This document shows, piece after piece, positions 24,359 through 37,427 of a DNA stretch of 64,000 nt. Every line of letters begins with the position of its first letter. Position 1 is the first letter of the stretch. The DNA comes from Amoebophrya sp. A120 (taxonomy: Eukaryota; Protista; Dinoflagellata), in contig CAJINV010000003.1 in the NCBI GenBank assembly GCA_905178155.1, forward strand, positions 1,607,557 to 1,671,556. The letters run 5' to 3'. A program made the translations under genes and the position numbers. The notes below the pieces were generated by a model, which saw nothing but the letters and a program-made list of their open reading frames with translations, was not told the DNA's origin and did no database searches.

Positions 24359-26029
24359 ATCAACGACCAAGAAGTGGCGTAGACGGGGATGATCAACGCG
24401 TTGACGGTGTAGTTGTCCTAGTCGTTTTGCAGAATGAACGACTACAACTGTGCTTCATCAGGAATTAATCTCTCTGAAGCGCACACTGCAAACTTCAACT
24501 TCTTTGCGGCCCTCTTCGTCGCGGTAGTGCAGGTAACACGGAAGCCAGAATGCCGGAATGTTAATGTACTGACAATCCAAATCCAACTCCGAGGCCCGCA
24601 TGACGTCTTTCTCCTGTGTGGGCCGCCGGGTCACGGTTCCGAGTGGAAGCAAGTGCGTCCTTGTTGCCAGATTGCCAGTGCAGCAAGCGTACTTACTTGT
24701 TCTTCCAGTTGGAACACGGCGGGGGACAAGCATGCTGTGTGTGCGTGGAAGACCTTCCGCAGAAATTGTGGGCGTCTACTGCGGTGCAGGTACAGAGGAA
24801 CTCCGGCGTGCAGAAATCAAAGCGTTCCGTCGAGTACGGCGCGAGGTACTTGTGCAGCGGCGCTGCCTCAAGGCAGCACGCGGCGCACCTCATGGTAGCA
24901 ACCACGCATATGATCTGAGGCGCCTGCAATTTCAGTTTCACGGCATACTGGATCTGGATGCGATGCATCCCGGTATCTGGAACGGAGCCTTCGCAAATCA
25001 GGAGCCGACGCTGACGGCGGCGAAATACTGGTGGCAGGAAGGTGAGGACGGGTTGTAGCATCAGGTTTCATTCTTGCTCTACAAGGTGGAAGGACAGGAT
25101 CGATAATTTGGTATTGCTGCTGCTCGTTTGGTCCTAGTACGTTACACTATGAGCACACGCATGCATCAACCTGCGCTGCATGCTGTTGTGTGTGCACCCG
25201 CAAAACCAACATGGATGAACACTGCTAGTACTGGAGTATGTTTCACGATGGCGCAAACTACAATTAGCACCAGGACAAGCAGCGACATAGCAACAGGGTT
25301 TTTACATCAGCGTAGAGCATGTCATTCTCATTTCGCCCAGGTTGCCTGATCTCATATACAGATTGGCGTATGCGCAAGCTGCGGGCGGCAAATACATTAA
25401 TAGAGGGCACCGAAACAAGGCAATTGCATTTTTGTCTACGGTACTGTTTATGTGCTTGTTTCGATATTATATATGCTAGAGCTGGAATCACGCTAAGTGA
25501 ATCGGACATTATAAGCTTGTCCTTTCAACACATTTGCGTGGCCTCAGTTGCACAGCGTGCCCTCGTGTTCAGAGCAAGTACGGAACTGCACATTATGGTG
25601 ACGACCACTCAACGCGGGCGCAGATCATGAAGACAACCTTAAGGAAGAAGAAACAGAAGAGCAGCACTTTTTTCTGCTGCAGGTCATTTTGTTTTTTGTC
25701 TCAGGTCCAAGTTTTCGTAGCAGATCAAATGGTAACGATCTCTCCGTATTCCTTGAACCCCAAGAAATGCCAACAATGCCCACATTGGCATTGCGTTTGT
25801 TTTCCTTGCTCTGCGGAAGGTCATCGCTTCTTTGCGTCTTTTTATCACTGCTGTTCCTACAAGAACTCAGTTCTATTGTCTACCAATAAAAACCCAAACC
25901 GTAGCTGCTCTGTAGGGTGAAATCGTCCTCCGGGCCTTTCCCCAGAAAAATCTTGCTAACGCGAGACGATCTTGTCGTCGTGCACTTTATCTGCTGCTCT
26001 ACTACTTACACGACATCAGTAATCCAAGG

Positions 26030-29000
26030 ATGCGTTCTTTTGTGCTTTCTTGTGCTGCTGCGGCCTGCTGCACCGGGCCACTGCAGTTTGCCGTTGGGTT
26101 GCGACCGGGGGCCGGATCGTCGTCCGGATTTCTAGAACGCGTTCCCAACCAAGATGTGGACGAGGAGCTGATGAACCCGGACGCCATGGAGATGGACGCC
26201 CCGACCCGACGAGCGCAGACCTCCTCGCGCCCGGGCCTGATTCCGCGCACCCTGAAAAAGTGCGCGCTGGCCGGGATTGCGCTGACGGCTTTGTTTGGAG
26301 CCGGGATGGAGTGCGGGAAGCATTTTGGGGCCTCGACATCGACTGCCACTGCCACGGACAACTTCTACGCGGGCTTGCAGGACAAGGCGGCCGTGTCATC
26401 GATGTCCTCGGCTTCACCGTTTGGTTTCGCCTCGGTGCGTAGCAAATTCCCCCGATTCAACGAACGCGGTGGCGTAGACGCCATTGATTCGCACATCGAC
26501 CCCTCGGAGGTATGATTGATTGTGGTCAGTAGAGTTTGGGTTTGCGTGCTGAAATCAACATCAACATTGTATTTTTGAAACTCATACATCATTTCATACT
26601 GTCGGTCCTCGTTGAATTTATATATGGATCGGTAATACTAATATCCATATCTGTATGATACTAGCCTTATCCCGCTTCCCGTGTCCAGTAGCCTGCAGAC
26701 TTAATAGTATTCCGCTAGATGAATAATAGCCCTCAGCGTTTCTCTGTGGAAAATCGTCGTCGGCGCTTCAGCACAGGCAGGCCCATCTGCCTGCTATTTT
26801 CAAAGCGCCAGAACGGCATGGCCACGATCCGGCACCGGCGCGGCTGGCAGGTTGGCCCTTGCCGCCATCTTGCATGCTGGCACTGGCGGGGCCGCGATCT
26901 GGCGGCGGGGGGCGGGCATGATCGGGCACCGGCTTGGCCAGGGTCTGGCACCGGCTTAGCCAGGGCCTGAAACCGGCGTGGCCAGGGTCCGGCACCGGCT
27001 TGGGCATGATCGGGCACCGGCATGGCCATGATCTGGCACCGCCTACCTTCGCCGTGATTTGGCACCGGCTTGGCGATGCTCTGACACCGGCAGGCAGGCT
27101 TGGCCATGATCCATCCGGCACCGGCTTGGCCATGATCTGGCGCAAGGGCTTGGCCTTGCCATGATCTGGCAGGCACCGGCTTGGTGGCTGGCCTGGCCAT
27201 GATTTGGCACCGGCTGCGGCTCAGCCACGACCCGGAACCAGCTTGGCTTGGCCATGACCTGGCACCGGCTTGGGCATGGGCGAGCACCGGCCTTGCTGTG
27301 ATCTGGCACCGGCCGGCCTGGCCATGATCTGGCACCGGAAGGCCGGCAGGCTTGGCCGTGTATGATCTGGCACCGGCTCGGCTACAACCTGGCACCGGCT
27401 TGGCCATGATCTGGCGCCGGCTTGTCCACGACCTGGCACTGGCTTGGCCACGACCCGGGGCCGGCTTCGGCGTGATCTGGCGCCGGCTTGGCCATGATCT
27501 GCCTGGCACCGCCTTGGCCGCGACCCGGCACCGGCTTGCCTGGCAACGACCTGGAACCGGCGTGGCCATGATTTGGCACCGGCTTGGCCATGATCTGGCA
27601 CCGGCTCGCTTGGACGCGACCTGTCTGGCACCGGTTCGGCGATGATATGGCGCCGGCTTGGTAACGACCCACCTGGCACCGGCATGGCCATGATCTGGCA
27701 ACGGCCTTGCCGCTTCCTGGCACCGGCTTGGGCGTGATCTGGCAGCGGGCTGGCCATGTTCCGGCACCGGCGGGCCTGGCCACCAGAATCACTCGGAACC
27801 GGCCTGGCCATGATCTGGCGCCGGCGGGCAGGGTGGCAGACGGTGGCAGGCGAGGGCATGATCTGGCACCGGTTTGGCCACGGCCTGGCGCCGGCACGCA
27901 GGCTTGTTTGGCCTGGCGGTTCGGACCGCGCGCGACCTGGCGCCAGCGACCCGGGCCATGATCTGGCACGCACCGGCAGGCTTGGACACGGACGACCTGG
28001 CGTCGGCTTGGCCACGCCATGATCTGGGTGGCTCAGGCTCGCCCATGATCTGGCACCGGCTTTGTCATGATCTGCCGGGCACCGGCCGGGGGGGGGGCTT
28101 TGCATGCCCCGATCTGGCACCGGCCGGCTAGGCTTGGCCGTGTATGATCTGGCACGCATCCATCGGCAGGCTTGGTTTGGCCATGATCTGCCACCGACCG
28201 GCCTGGCCACGACCGGGCACCGGCAGGCTTCGCCAGGAAGGATCTGGCACCGGCTTGGCCACGGCCTTGCATTGGCTTGGCCAAGATCTGGCACCGGCTC
28301 GGCAATTATGAATGACGTGGCGTTGGCTGGTAGGCTTGGCTGGCAGGCCATTGGCCCGGCACCGGCTTGGCCATGACCTGGCACCGGCAGGCTTCGCCAC
28401 GACCTGGAACCGGCCCCCCCGACCCTGATCTGGCACCGGCGCGGCCACGACCTGGCTCCGCTGCGGCTTCGCTGCGGCGTTGTTACTTCGAGGCCGCGTT
28501 GCTTCGAGGTTTTGTTGCGGCTTCGAGCGGCCTGCGCTGCGGCTTCGAGGCTTCGCTGCGTCTTCGGGGCTTCGCTGCGGCTTCTAGGCTTCGCTGCGGC
28601 TTCGAGCCGTCGCTGAGGCTTCGGGGCTTTGCTGCGGCTTCGGGGCGTCGCTGCGGCTTCGAGGCCTCGCTACGGCTTCGAGGCTTCGCCGCGGCTTCGA
28701 GACTTCGTTCGCTGCGGCTTCGAGGCTTCTATCTTCGCTTCTATCCTCGCCTCGGGGCTCCTTTGCTTCGGGGCGCCTCTCTTCGCTTCGGGGCATCTCT
28801 CTTCGCTTCGCGGCTTCTTTGCTTCGGGGCTTTTATCTTCGCTTCGGGTCTTGGCCATGGTTCGGCTTGGCCATGCTGAATGGCCCGGCACCGGCTCGCC
28901 TCGGCCATGGTCCGGCACCTTCTCGGCTTGGCCATGCATGCTCCGGCACCGGCTCGGCTTGGCCATGCATCGTCCGGCACCCACCGGCTCGGCTTGGCCA

Positions 29001-32000
29001 TGCATGGTCCGGCACCGGCTCGGCTTGGCCATGCATAGTCCGGCTCGGCTCGGCCATGGTCCGGCACCGGCTTGGCCTTGCCAGGGTCCGGCACGCACCG
29101 GCCCGGCCTTGCCATCCATGGTCCGGCATGCACCGGCTCGGTCTGCTCATGGCCCGGCACCGGCTCGCCTTGCTTGGCCATGGTCCGGCAGGCACGCACC
29201 GGCTCGGCTTGGCCATGGTCCGGCACCGGCCGGCGCGGCTTCGTCGAGGCTTTACTGCTTCGGGGCCCCGCGGCTTCGGGGCTTCGCGCGTTGTTTCGTA
29301 CGTTGTTGCGCCGTGGCTTCGTGCGTTCGTTGCTGCTTCGAGGTTTCGTACGTTGCTGCCTCGGGGTTTCGTACGCTGCTGCCCCGAGGCGTCGCGCGCT
29401 GCTGCTTCGGGGCCTCGCACGCTGCTGCCTCGAGGTTTCTCACGCTGCTGCCTCGAGGTTTCGCGCGTTGCCGCCTCGAGGTTTCTCACGCTGTTGCCTC
29501 GAGGTTTCGCACGTTGCTGACCCGAGGCTTCGCACGCTGCTGCCTCGAGGCTTCAGACGCCGCTTCGAGGCTTCAGGCGCTGCTTCGAGGCCTCAGGCGC
29601 TGCTTCGAGGCCTGAGGCGGTGCTTCGGGGCTTTGCTGCTTCGACGCTTCGCTGCTTCGAGGCTTCGCTGTGTGCTTCGAGGCTTCGCCGCGTGCTTCGA
29701 GGTTTCGCCGCGTGCTTCGAGGCTTCGCCGCGTGCTTCGAGGCTTCGCCGCGTGCTTCGAGGCTTCGCTGCGTGCTTCGAGGCTTCGCCGCGTGCTTCGA
29801 GGCTTCGCTGCGTGCTTCGAGGCTTCGCTGCGTGCTTCGAGGCTTCGCTGCGCGCTTCGAGGCTTCGCGGCGCGCTTCGAGGCTTCGATCGCTGCGCGCT
29901 TCGAGCTTCGCCGCTTCGAGGCTTCGAGGCGTCGCTGCTTCGAGGCGTCGCTGCTTCGCTGCTCCCTTCGAGGCCTCGCCGCTTCGAGGCTTCGCTGCTT
30001 CGAGGCCTCGCTGCTTCGAGGCTTCGCTGCTTCGAGGCTTCGCTGCTTCGAGGCTTTGCTGCTTCGAGGCTTCCTTCGAGGCTTCGTTGCTCCCTTCGAG
30101 GCTTCGCTGCCCCCTCCGAGGCTTCGCTGCTCCCCTCGCGGCTTCGCTGCTCCCCTCGCGGCTTCGCTGCTCCCTTCGCGGCTTCGCTGCTCCCTTCGAG
30201 GCTTCGCTGCTTCCTTCGAGGCTTCGCGGCTTCGCCGCTCTTCGAGGCTTTGCGGCTCTTCGAGGCTTCGCGGCCCTTCGAGGCTTTGCAGCTCTTCGAG
30301 GCTTCGCGGCTCTTCGAGGCTTCTTCGTTGCTTCGAGGCTTCGCTGCTTCGGCGTTTCGAGGCCCCTTCGTTTCGAGGCTTCGTCGCTTAGAAGCTTGGG
30401 CGCTTTGTCAGCATTTCGTTGTTGTTGTTTTTCGTTTCTATTCTTTGTTTTCGTTTTTTGTTTTCATTCTTTGTTTTCGTTTTTCGTTTTTATTCTTTGT
30501 TTTCGTTTTTTGTTTCCATTGTTTGTTGTCGTTTCTCGTTTCCATTCTTTGTTTTTGTTTTTCGTTTCTGTTCTTTGTTTCTATTGCGGAATACTATTAA
30601 ATAATGGGTTTTCTCACCTTTCGCTAGTCATTGTAGAGATTTGTGACTTGAGTGGAATGCGGCACCGAGTCATGCAGCTACTGTAGGATTTGTGACGCGG
30701 CATTGGCCCCTATTTATCCCAGGAAATTGTGATTTGCAAACGTTCTATCTTCAACCGCCGCTAATTTCATTGTCTCACAGGGTCCGGTTACGGTGCCGGT
30801 CCAGGTTGGTGGCGGTCCTTGGTCAGAAGAACCCGGCGCAGCGGCCCCTTTCGACTTCCCCAAGCTCGACGGCAAACAGGAGGTCGGGTTCGGCGGCAAG
30901 CTCCTCGGCACGCTCCTCAGCATGGACCTGATCAACATGGGCCAGATCCCGTGCGGCTGCCAGAGTATAAACACATTGCTTTTAGTTTTCACTGCATTTT
31001 TTTCAGCATATTAATTTGAATCGATCTCTGTCTCTCCATATACTGCGCCTGGAGCTTGATATTCATATGTGTTCCGCAGATATTGACAGTAACCGAATCA
31101 AGAGTTCTCATACCGGACCTATTTCCTTTTTCAAGGTAGTCTAGAAGAGTTCTTGTAGGTAATGTCGTAGCACATTTTTGATAATTCGTCAATTTGCTTT
31201 ATTTTCCCAATATATAATCACAACAGCGAACTTCTACTTGACCAAAGCCCCCAACAACGACTCCCCAATGACCTGCGACTCCGGCGCGAACGGCTACGGG
31301 TGCCCGGAATTGGACTTCATGGAAGGCAACTCGCAAGCGCTCGGTACCACTCTGCACCTCTGCGACAGCACTGGCGGGGCCCGCGGTGTCTTCACGTGCG
31401 GATGGCAATCGGGCTGCCTGACGAGTAACCTGGCCGGAAAGCAGGGCGGAGTATTTTTTTGTTCTCTCTGTATGATGAAGAGAGCTTGAGGTCGCTTTTC
31501 CAAGTTACTTCCCATGGAGACTTGTGGTTGCATCTTCTGGATCAATCAACTGCCACGATAAATATGAAAATCATAATCAGTGTGATGAAGTGTAGCACAA
31601 GGAGAAGGTAAGTATCCCATTTGTAACAAGCACATGGACGACGAACACAATGTCAATGTCTTGTTGCTGACGACAGTAATACCGCATCTCTCAACAGGGT
31701 GCCACTTGCGATGCGTGGGGCTGCCAGACGAAGACTGTCGGCATGAAGCACTGGGGTCAGAACGCATATGGTCCGGGCGGGTACATCGACTCTAACAAGG
31801 ACCTCAACATGCAGGTCTACTTTCAGCCCGTGGCCGGCAACCTAGAAAACGTGTGGGTGCAGCTCTCCCAGAAGGGCAAAGATCCGCTTGTCTACTCGGT
31901 ATAATATCGGTTTTCTCTTTACGTTTTCTTGTATCCCTGCATGTACAGAAGGCTTAGCCTCTCGAATACGACGAGGCCATTGAGCCTGCTGCTGCTGCTC

Positions 32001-32338
32001 AGCTCAACTAGTGCAACACAAGAAGCGCGTTGCTGGTAGCAATTCTGCTCGGTGCTCAGCCAAAATCCAAGTACGTATAATTATGCGCGTATGGTTGTAA
32101 ATAGAAATTGTTCACGAACACTCGTCATAACACACTTTAGGCCTGCGTGAACGCCGACTACAAGCGCGCCGTGACCCACGATTTGATGACGGGGTGGTCC
32201 CACCATTCCACCTACTGGGGCGGCTTCGACGGCATGGAGTGGTTGAACGGACCCTGCCCGAACCACCCGTCGACTTGCAGTGGCAACGCGGCGGACCACA
32301 TTCACAACGTCAAAGTGTACAAGATCGACAACGTATGA
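26030..32338 (+). CDS. Secreted glycoside hydrolase family 7-like (cellulase-like) protein, 5 exons
   Basis: Exons 26030-26509, 30781-30964, 31227-31450, 31698-31898 and 32141-32338, all GT-AG and phase-consistent. Translation gives IPCGCQTNFYL, TCDSG, CPELDFMEGN (ExDxxE catalytic motif), TTLHLC, CDAWGC, YGPGGYIDS and YWGGFDGMEWLNGPC. Exon 1 has a signal-like N-terminus; joining it across the 4,271-nt intron is inferred. Confidence 0.8.
26810..28455. repeat. Degenerate minisatellite, about 22-bp unit GGCTTGGCCATGATCTGGCACC
   Basis: Dozens of imperfect copies of ggcttggccatgatctggcacc are directly visible. Confidence 0.9.
28456..28850. repeat. GCTTCG-based low-complexity satellite
   Basis: Repeated gcttcgctgcggcttcgagg-type units. 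Confidence 0.85.
28851..29235. repeat. Variant minisatellite GGCTCGGCTTGGCCATGGTCCGGCACC
   Basis: Imperfect tandem copies related to the 26.8-28.4 kb unit. Confidence 0.85.
29236..30390. repeat. GCTTCGAG satellite, including a near-perfect 20-bp tandem array at about 29670-29885
   Basis: The unit cgtgcttcgaggcttcgc(c/t)g repeats with period 20; A is strongly depleted on the + strand. Confidence 0.9.
30410..30590. repeat. T-rich simple repeat (TTTTCG/TTCTTTG)
   Basis: Runs of ttttcgtt and attctttgtttt close the satellite complex. Confidence 0.85.
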
Positions 32339-33700
32339 GCAGGAGTGTTGTCTACTAGCGCGCGAGCTTGTCCTCCTTCGCAGCCTGTGGTCCAGCGACG
32401 TGTCGTTCAGGTCCGTCGTTGATCAACGCGATGCTTGTTACTGACAGGTCGCTAGTACTAGACTTGGTGAAGCGACCAACTCTACTGAAGATATATTCAC
32501 TGTGTTACTTTTTTCTCCCCATCCGGACGTCATGTGGTTCCTACAACATGGCACTGGCATGGTGAGTTGTACTTGTGTACGTGTACATTATTCACAGTAC
32601 ATCCTTCTTCGACTGCAAAAGTTTACTTCTGCTTGTGAATATAGGTTTCCGTTTGTTTCGTTGAGAATGTTCACTGTACTAGTCATTGCAGCACGCTGTG
32701 ATTTTTACTCAGTAACAACTCTTCAACGTCTTTGCTAAAAGTAAATCCTTACTCGTTCTTTCTAGCACGTCTTCTTCTGAATGAAAAATGGTAAATTTTG
32801 CGTATTTGTTCCCGCCGATGCACGATATCTGTGTCGGTGGGTCTTCTTATCACGCTTTCGACAGTGATCTACTTCTTCTAGAAATACATGAGCACTTCTA
32901 CGACTACGCGTACATTGTTTTCTGCGAATAAAGCTCTAGTTCCTTCTTGACTCACCACTCAATGCCAATATCCGCTTTAACCAAGCATGCCACGACAAGC
33001 CGCCTAATCTTCCAAGGCGGTGTCGATATTTTTCTTCTTCGCTGCTTTTTTGCCAACTCATCTGTTGAACAACTCCATCCTCCGTGGTTAACCCACGAGG
33101 AAAAAATTGAAACTTCTACGAAGAACAAGATAGGCACTGACCACACGAGGGTCCTACAAAGATGTTACACAGCCTGCATACTGGCTTTTCTCGTGTGCTG
33201 CGCTGTGTGCTGTTTCGACGTCACTCGTATGGACCGTGTATGAGAGAAGCAATCGTTTGGGCCGTTGGTCGTGTAGGGGTTGCGTGGGGAGAAACAAGTA
33301 GACTTTTTCTGTCGTGCTCGTCTGCTATTACTCGAACGTCGGTCGTCACTCGGTGTCGCAGGGATGCCAGTCGTGCGTGTGCATGTGTTTTAACGCAACT
33401 GGGAAAGGTTGCATCTTCGTGGGGCAAAAATGCGCCACCTCGCTCGTGATGTCGGTGGTAAGTATTGAATTTGGATATTAAGTACTGTGTCATCTGTAGC
33501 AATCACCAAGCTTTCACAGCTCAGGAGTAAGGTAGAGTTCCTTTGAACCAGTGAAAAAGTATCAAGTAATAGCTCGATAGTAATCGTCACGAGCGCAATC
33601 TCAATCACAATGTCGGATGGTGTCCGTCCGTCGTGGCGGGTAGGGTCAGCGGTCGCTTGGTTGCATCACTACGCGCTGCAGGGCAGGTTTCAGCAGTCTC

Positions 33701-35942
33701 ATGGTCATTGCGACAAACGTGGTCGAAGCAAAAGAGCGCCGTTTTCGTAAAGCGCGTAAGCCAGAGGACGCAGATGACGTCGCGCAACATACGCAATCCC
33801 AGTCTGTCACATCGTTCATCGACAAGAGCAGCACCGAAGAAGCAAACCCCAGTACCGACGGCGCAGCGAATCGCATGGATGTCGCAGCTGGAGTGTCGCC
33901 AGACGGACAAGTCTCTAACGACGCGGCTACTCATGGCGGCGAGAAAGTGGTGTCCTTTGCTAACACTACCGGGAAGGATGCTGATGGAAAGGATGCGGCA
34001 GCGGAGCTGCAAAAGCTGTCGACCCAGGATCAAGAAGCGATCGCGGCCTCCGCGCCCAGGCCGCTAGAGGTCTCTCCGTTGGAAATGAAACGAATTTCCG
34101 CAGCGGGTGATTCCGATTCGCACCCCGGTGCGACGTCTGCGTCTACCACTTCTACCGCTCCGATGCCAAACGGGCCCGGTCCTTTGCTGAGCCAAGAAGC
34201 CTCCGACCTTGCTGCTACGAAATGGTAGAAGACTGGTCAGTCTTCGACTCTGCACTTGGTCGCTTACCGCCGTAACCTCGCCGAAAAAGCAAGGACGGGA
34301 TTCCTGGGCATGATGCATGGGTCCACGTACCCGTACGACATCTACTTTGCAACGGACGACGACATCGCATCCAACTTGCGCCAGAGTCAATGGAACGACT
34401 ACGCAGCATACGGCACGGCCGCCGTGCCGGTGGCGCATACGAAAGAAGTAGAAGAGCGGCTATTCTTCAAGCAGCGGCTCACGCTCTTCCTCGGCGGCAC
34501 TTTCCTCCCGAACCGATTCCTGACGCGCGCCTACACGGAGGCTCGTGGCCGGTGGATACCGGAGGCAAAATTCGAGCACCGCTTTCTGTATGTACAACGG
34601 AAGACGATGGTACTGGCGGGGAACTCCACCAGCACCACCAATGACGGGGCAGGAAGCGCGAACGGCACCATCTCCCGCAGCGTCAACAATCTTCCGCAGC
34701 GCATCGCCGCCGGCATGCGGGGCGCGACAAACGTGGCGCTGCAAGGCACAGGGCTGCGGAATCTCGGCACGAGCGGCAGCATCTGGGAATTTGTTTCCGG
34801 CACGCCCAGCTTCGAAGGACAGCCGGAGATATCCGGCAGGTTCGCTGGGAAGATTTTCGACGGACTGCAGCCAGCTGCGTATCAGTTCGGATACATGCAG
34901 TGGATCAAGGTACGGAAAGCACTTTAAGAGTACTTCTAAGTATTCCGGGCTAGACTTGTTATCCGCGTTGTAGTATTCTCAAAGCATATCGTTGAAGTTC
35001 TTGAAAATTAGAAATGTTAACGGCGTCTATATCAAAATTAATGTTGCTCATGTTGACATGAGTAACCATAACCTTCACCACTAGGCTCCTAGTCCTTCTG
35101 TTTCAAGTGTCTCACGGCTATGCTGAATGCAAACCAAAAATGTAAATCAGAAATCCGCGCGATCATGAATCCAGCAAGAGTTAGTGCTTAGAATGATTAA
35201 TATATAATGTCAGCTGATTTGTCCGCACTGCGCGACGCACTCGATATCTTGGCCGCGCGATTTCCAGAAGAAAGTTGGTGCGCCCCGACGCATGAAGACG
35301 CACGAAAAGAAGTGCTGCGCGCAAAGAAAGCTCGATTTGAAATGCGATCCGATTCTTGAAGAAGAAGATGAGAACGACACTAGTGACGTTGCGGAGAGTT
35401 GAGGAGTTCGATAAATTGGTAGTCTTAGTACACGACGAGCCACGATGTGCGAAGCTGCAGTGACAAAACCCCGAGATGCAGCTTGAAACGAACTCGAACC
35501 CCAACCCCTCCGCACGTCCCCCCCTAGTGCAGGATAAATGATGATGATGATAATCATAAAAATCAATCACAAGGTTGGCGATCGTTTTGGCTACAAATAC
35601 AATGACAAGAAGGAAAGCTGGATGAAGGCGGCGGAATGGTTTTTCTATCGCTACACGGCAGAAGATTTTCGCGTCGGTGTGGGCCAGCATTTCAGCGGCT
35701 ACAGCAAGCAGAAGGACAGAAGTGATTGGGTGTACAAAATGTACATGCCGGATCTCGACGTGATCGGCTCGCTGAGCGCCTTCCACCGCCCGACCATCGT
35801 CATGAAGGACCGGCGCGACAACTTGGTCGCCAAGCTGGAGTACTTTGGTGGGCGATCGTGGCGTCCGTGGGAGTGGTGGTTCGGCGGCCGCTTTGCACTG
35901 CAAAAGCATCGCACATATCATAAATCGCATGACATCAAGTAA
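33701..35942 (+). CDS. Hypothetical protein (possibly tubby-C/scramblase-like) with one in-frame TAG; may be a pseudogene
   Basis: ORFs 33701-34228 and 34256-34927 are in the same frame, separated only by TAG at 34226-34228. A phase-0 GT-AG intron at 34910-35573 joins the 35538-35942 ORF. The fold suggestion is weak. Confidence 0.45.
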
Positions 35943-36713
35943 CTCAGTACAAGCAAGTAAAGTACAACAACTAAGAAAACGAGGATGAATGCAGAAAGCA
36001 GAGGGCTATGCAATTTAAGAAAAAGAGTCTTTTTCGTTTGTCTTTAAGACAAAAGGAAAAGAGGAGACTTGGCCTTGTCGAGTTGTCTTCATCTTCTTGT
36101 GGTGTACTTGCGTGTACTGTAGTGCTGGTATTATTCGCCGGGTTTTGAAGTCAAGAGCGTTATGCTAATGTTGTTTCCATGAATGCGATACTTTTGCCGG
36201 GTATAGCCGCAAGATGAAGCTGACACTCTTTCAAACAGACGAAGCGCAGCACGATCCGGCTTTAGTTACTTCGCTGTTACTCCGCTGCGACGCCGACAAT
36301 GCATCCTACAACTTTCTGAAGAAGGCCTTTGTCGGACTCGGCCTATCCACGAAAATATCATAGACTCAAGAGAAAAATAATTCTTCGCGCTTGCATGCCC
36401 TTGCACTGGCACTGCCACTGCAGTTGCACTCGACTCCTGCTTTTTCATCATCATCGACGCCGAAAGGCTATGTATTGTGCGTGCGAGCGATCATGGGCAA
36501 CCTACGCTTTTCTTTAAGAGACGGAAACGGAATGCATGAGCATGGATGTGGCCCGACAACTTTGATGTATTATTTGCAGTGGATATGGATTCGGTCTCGG
36601 TGCCGACCACCTGCATGGCTGGTTGCATCATACGGAAAACCTCGACGCCTTCCCAGGCCATCCAGTTGGCGAGATTGTGACGTTGATTCCGCCGATGGCC
36701 GCCGAACAGGCGG

Positions 36714-37427
36714 TTGAAAAAATCACACTGCTGGAGCCGCTGGTCTACGCGGTTGACGAGCAGGTCAAAGCCCACAACGCAAAGCATGCAAATGCGGCCA
36801 ATCCCTCCACCACGCAACAACTACCGGAGTAACTCGTGGAGGTCGTCTTCTATTGCATCGCATAGGCGATGGGGGCGCGTGCGTGCTCTGGGGCGCGTTT
36901 ACCGCCAAGCCTTCGGCTGCCCGATGGGCTCACAGTTCGGGACGCCCCTCTCGAACGGCTTCGCGTTGGCTACCGAAACTGCCTTTCAGTCCGGCAATAG
37001 GCTGCTCACGGCTCGGAGATTTGCGGACGACAAGTTTGCCATCAAAGCGGCGGGGAGCGCAGCCGATACGATGGTCGAACATTTTTACCCGGGTTGCCGG
37101 CTTGTTCTGGATACTTCGACCCCGCTGAAGGTCTGCGGCTTGCTTGTCCACATTCTGGGCACTACGATCAACACGGAGGCGACGCTGACCGGCAAACCCT
37201 TTGCGTCCGCCTACAGTGCCGGGATGCAGAAACGGCAGCGCGGTGTTGTTCGGGGCCACCTTGCCCGCCTGAAGCTCTCCAGCACCATATTCCCAAAGAC
37301 CGCACTGCTTGGCACCATCTGCATGCTCACACAGCAGGGATATAGTGCGAAGATCCTGCAGCAGGAACTGATGCGATGCCTGGACGACATGCGGGAGCTC
37401 TACATGAACAGGCGCGGCGTCGGCTGA
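36714..37427 (+). mobile_element. Penelope-like retroelement reverse transcriptase fragment (truncated)
   Basis: VYRQAFGCPMGSQFGTPLSN (YxQxxGxPMGS), RRFADD, and a C-terminal QRGVVRGHLARLKLSS...LTQQGYS segment typical of PLE RTs. N-terminal RT motifs and a GIY-YIG domain are not seen. Confidence 0.7.

Noticed and set aside
26810-29235. Satellite as a CRISPR array or spliced-leader relic array
   Set aside because: There are no unique spacers or cas genes and the context is eukaryotic. Similarity to the dinoflagellate spliced leader is limited to a short GCCAT..TTGGC match.
26733-30686. Many long ORFs on both strands (344, 387, 439, 338 aa and others)
   Set aside because: They are artefacts of stop-poor GC-rich satellites; the translations are repetitive in all frames.
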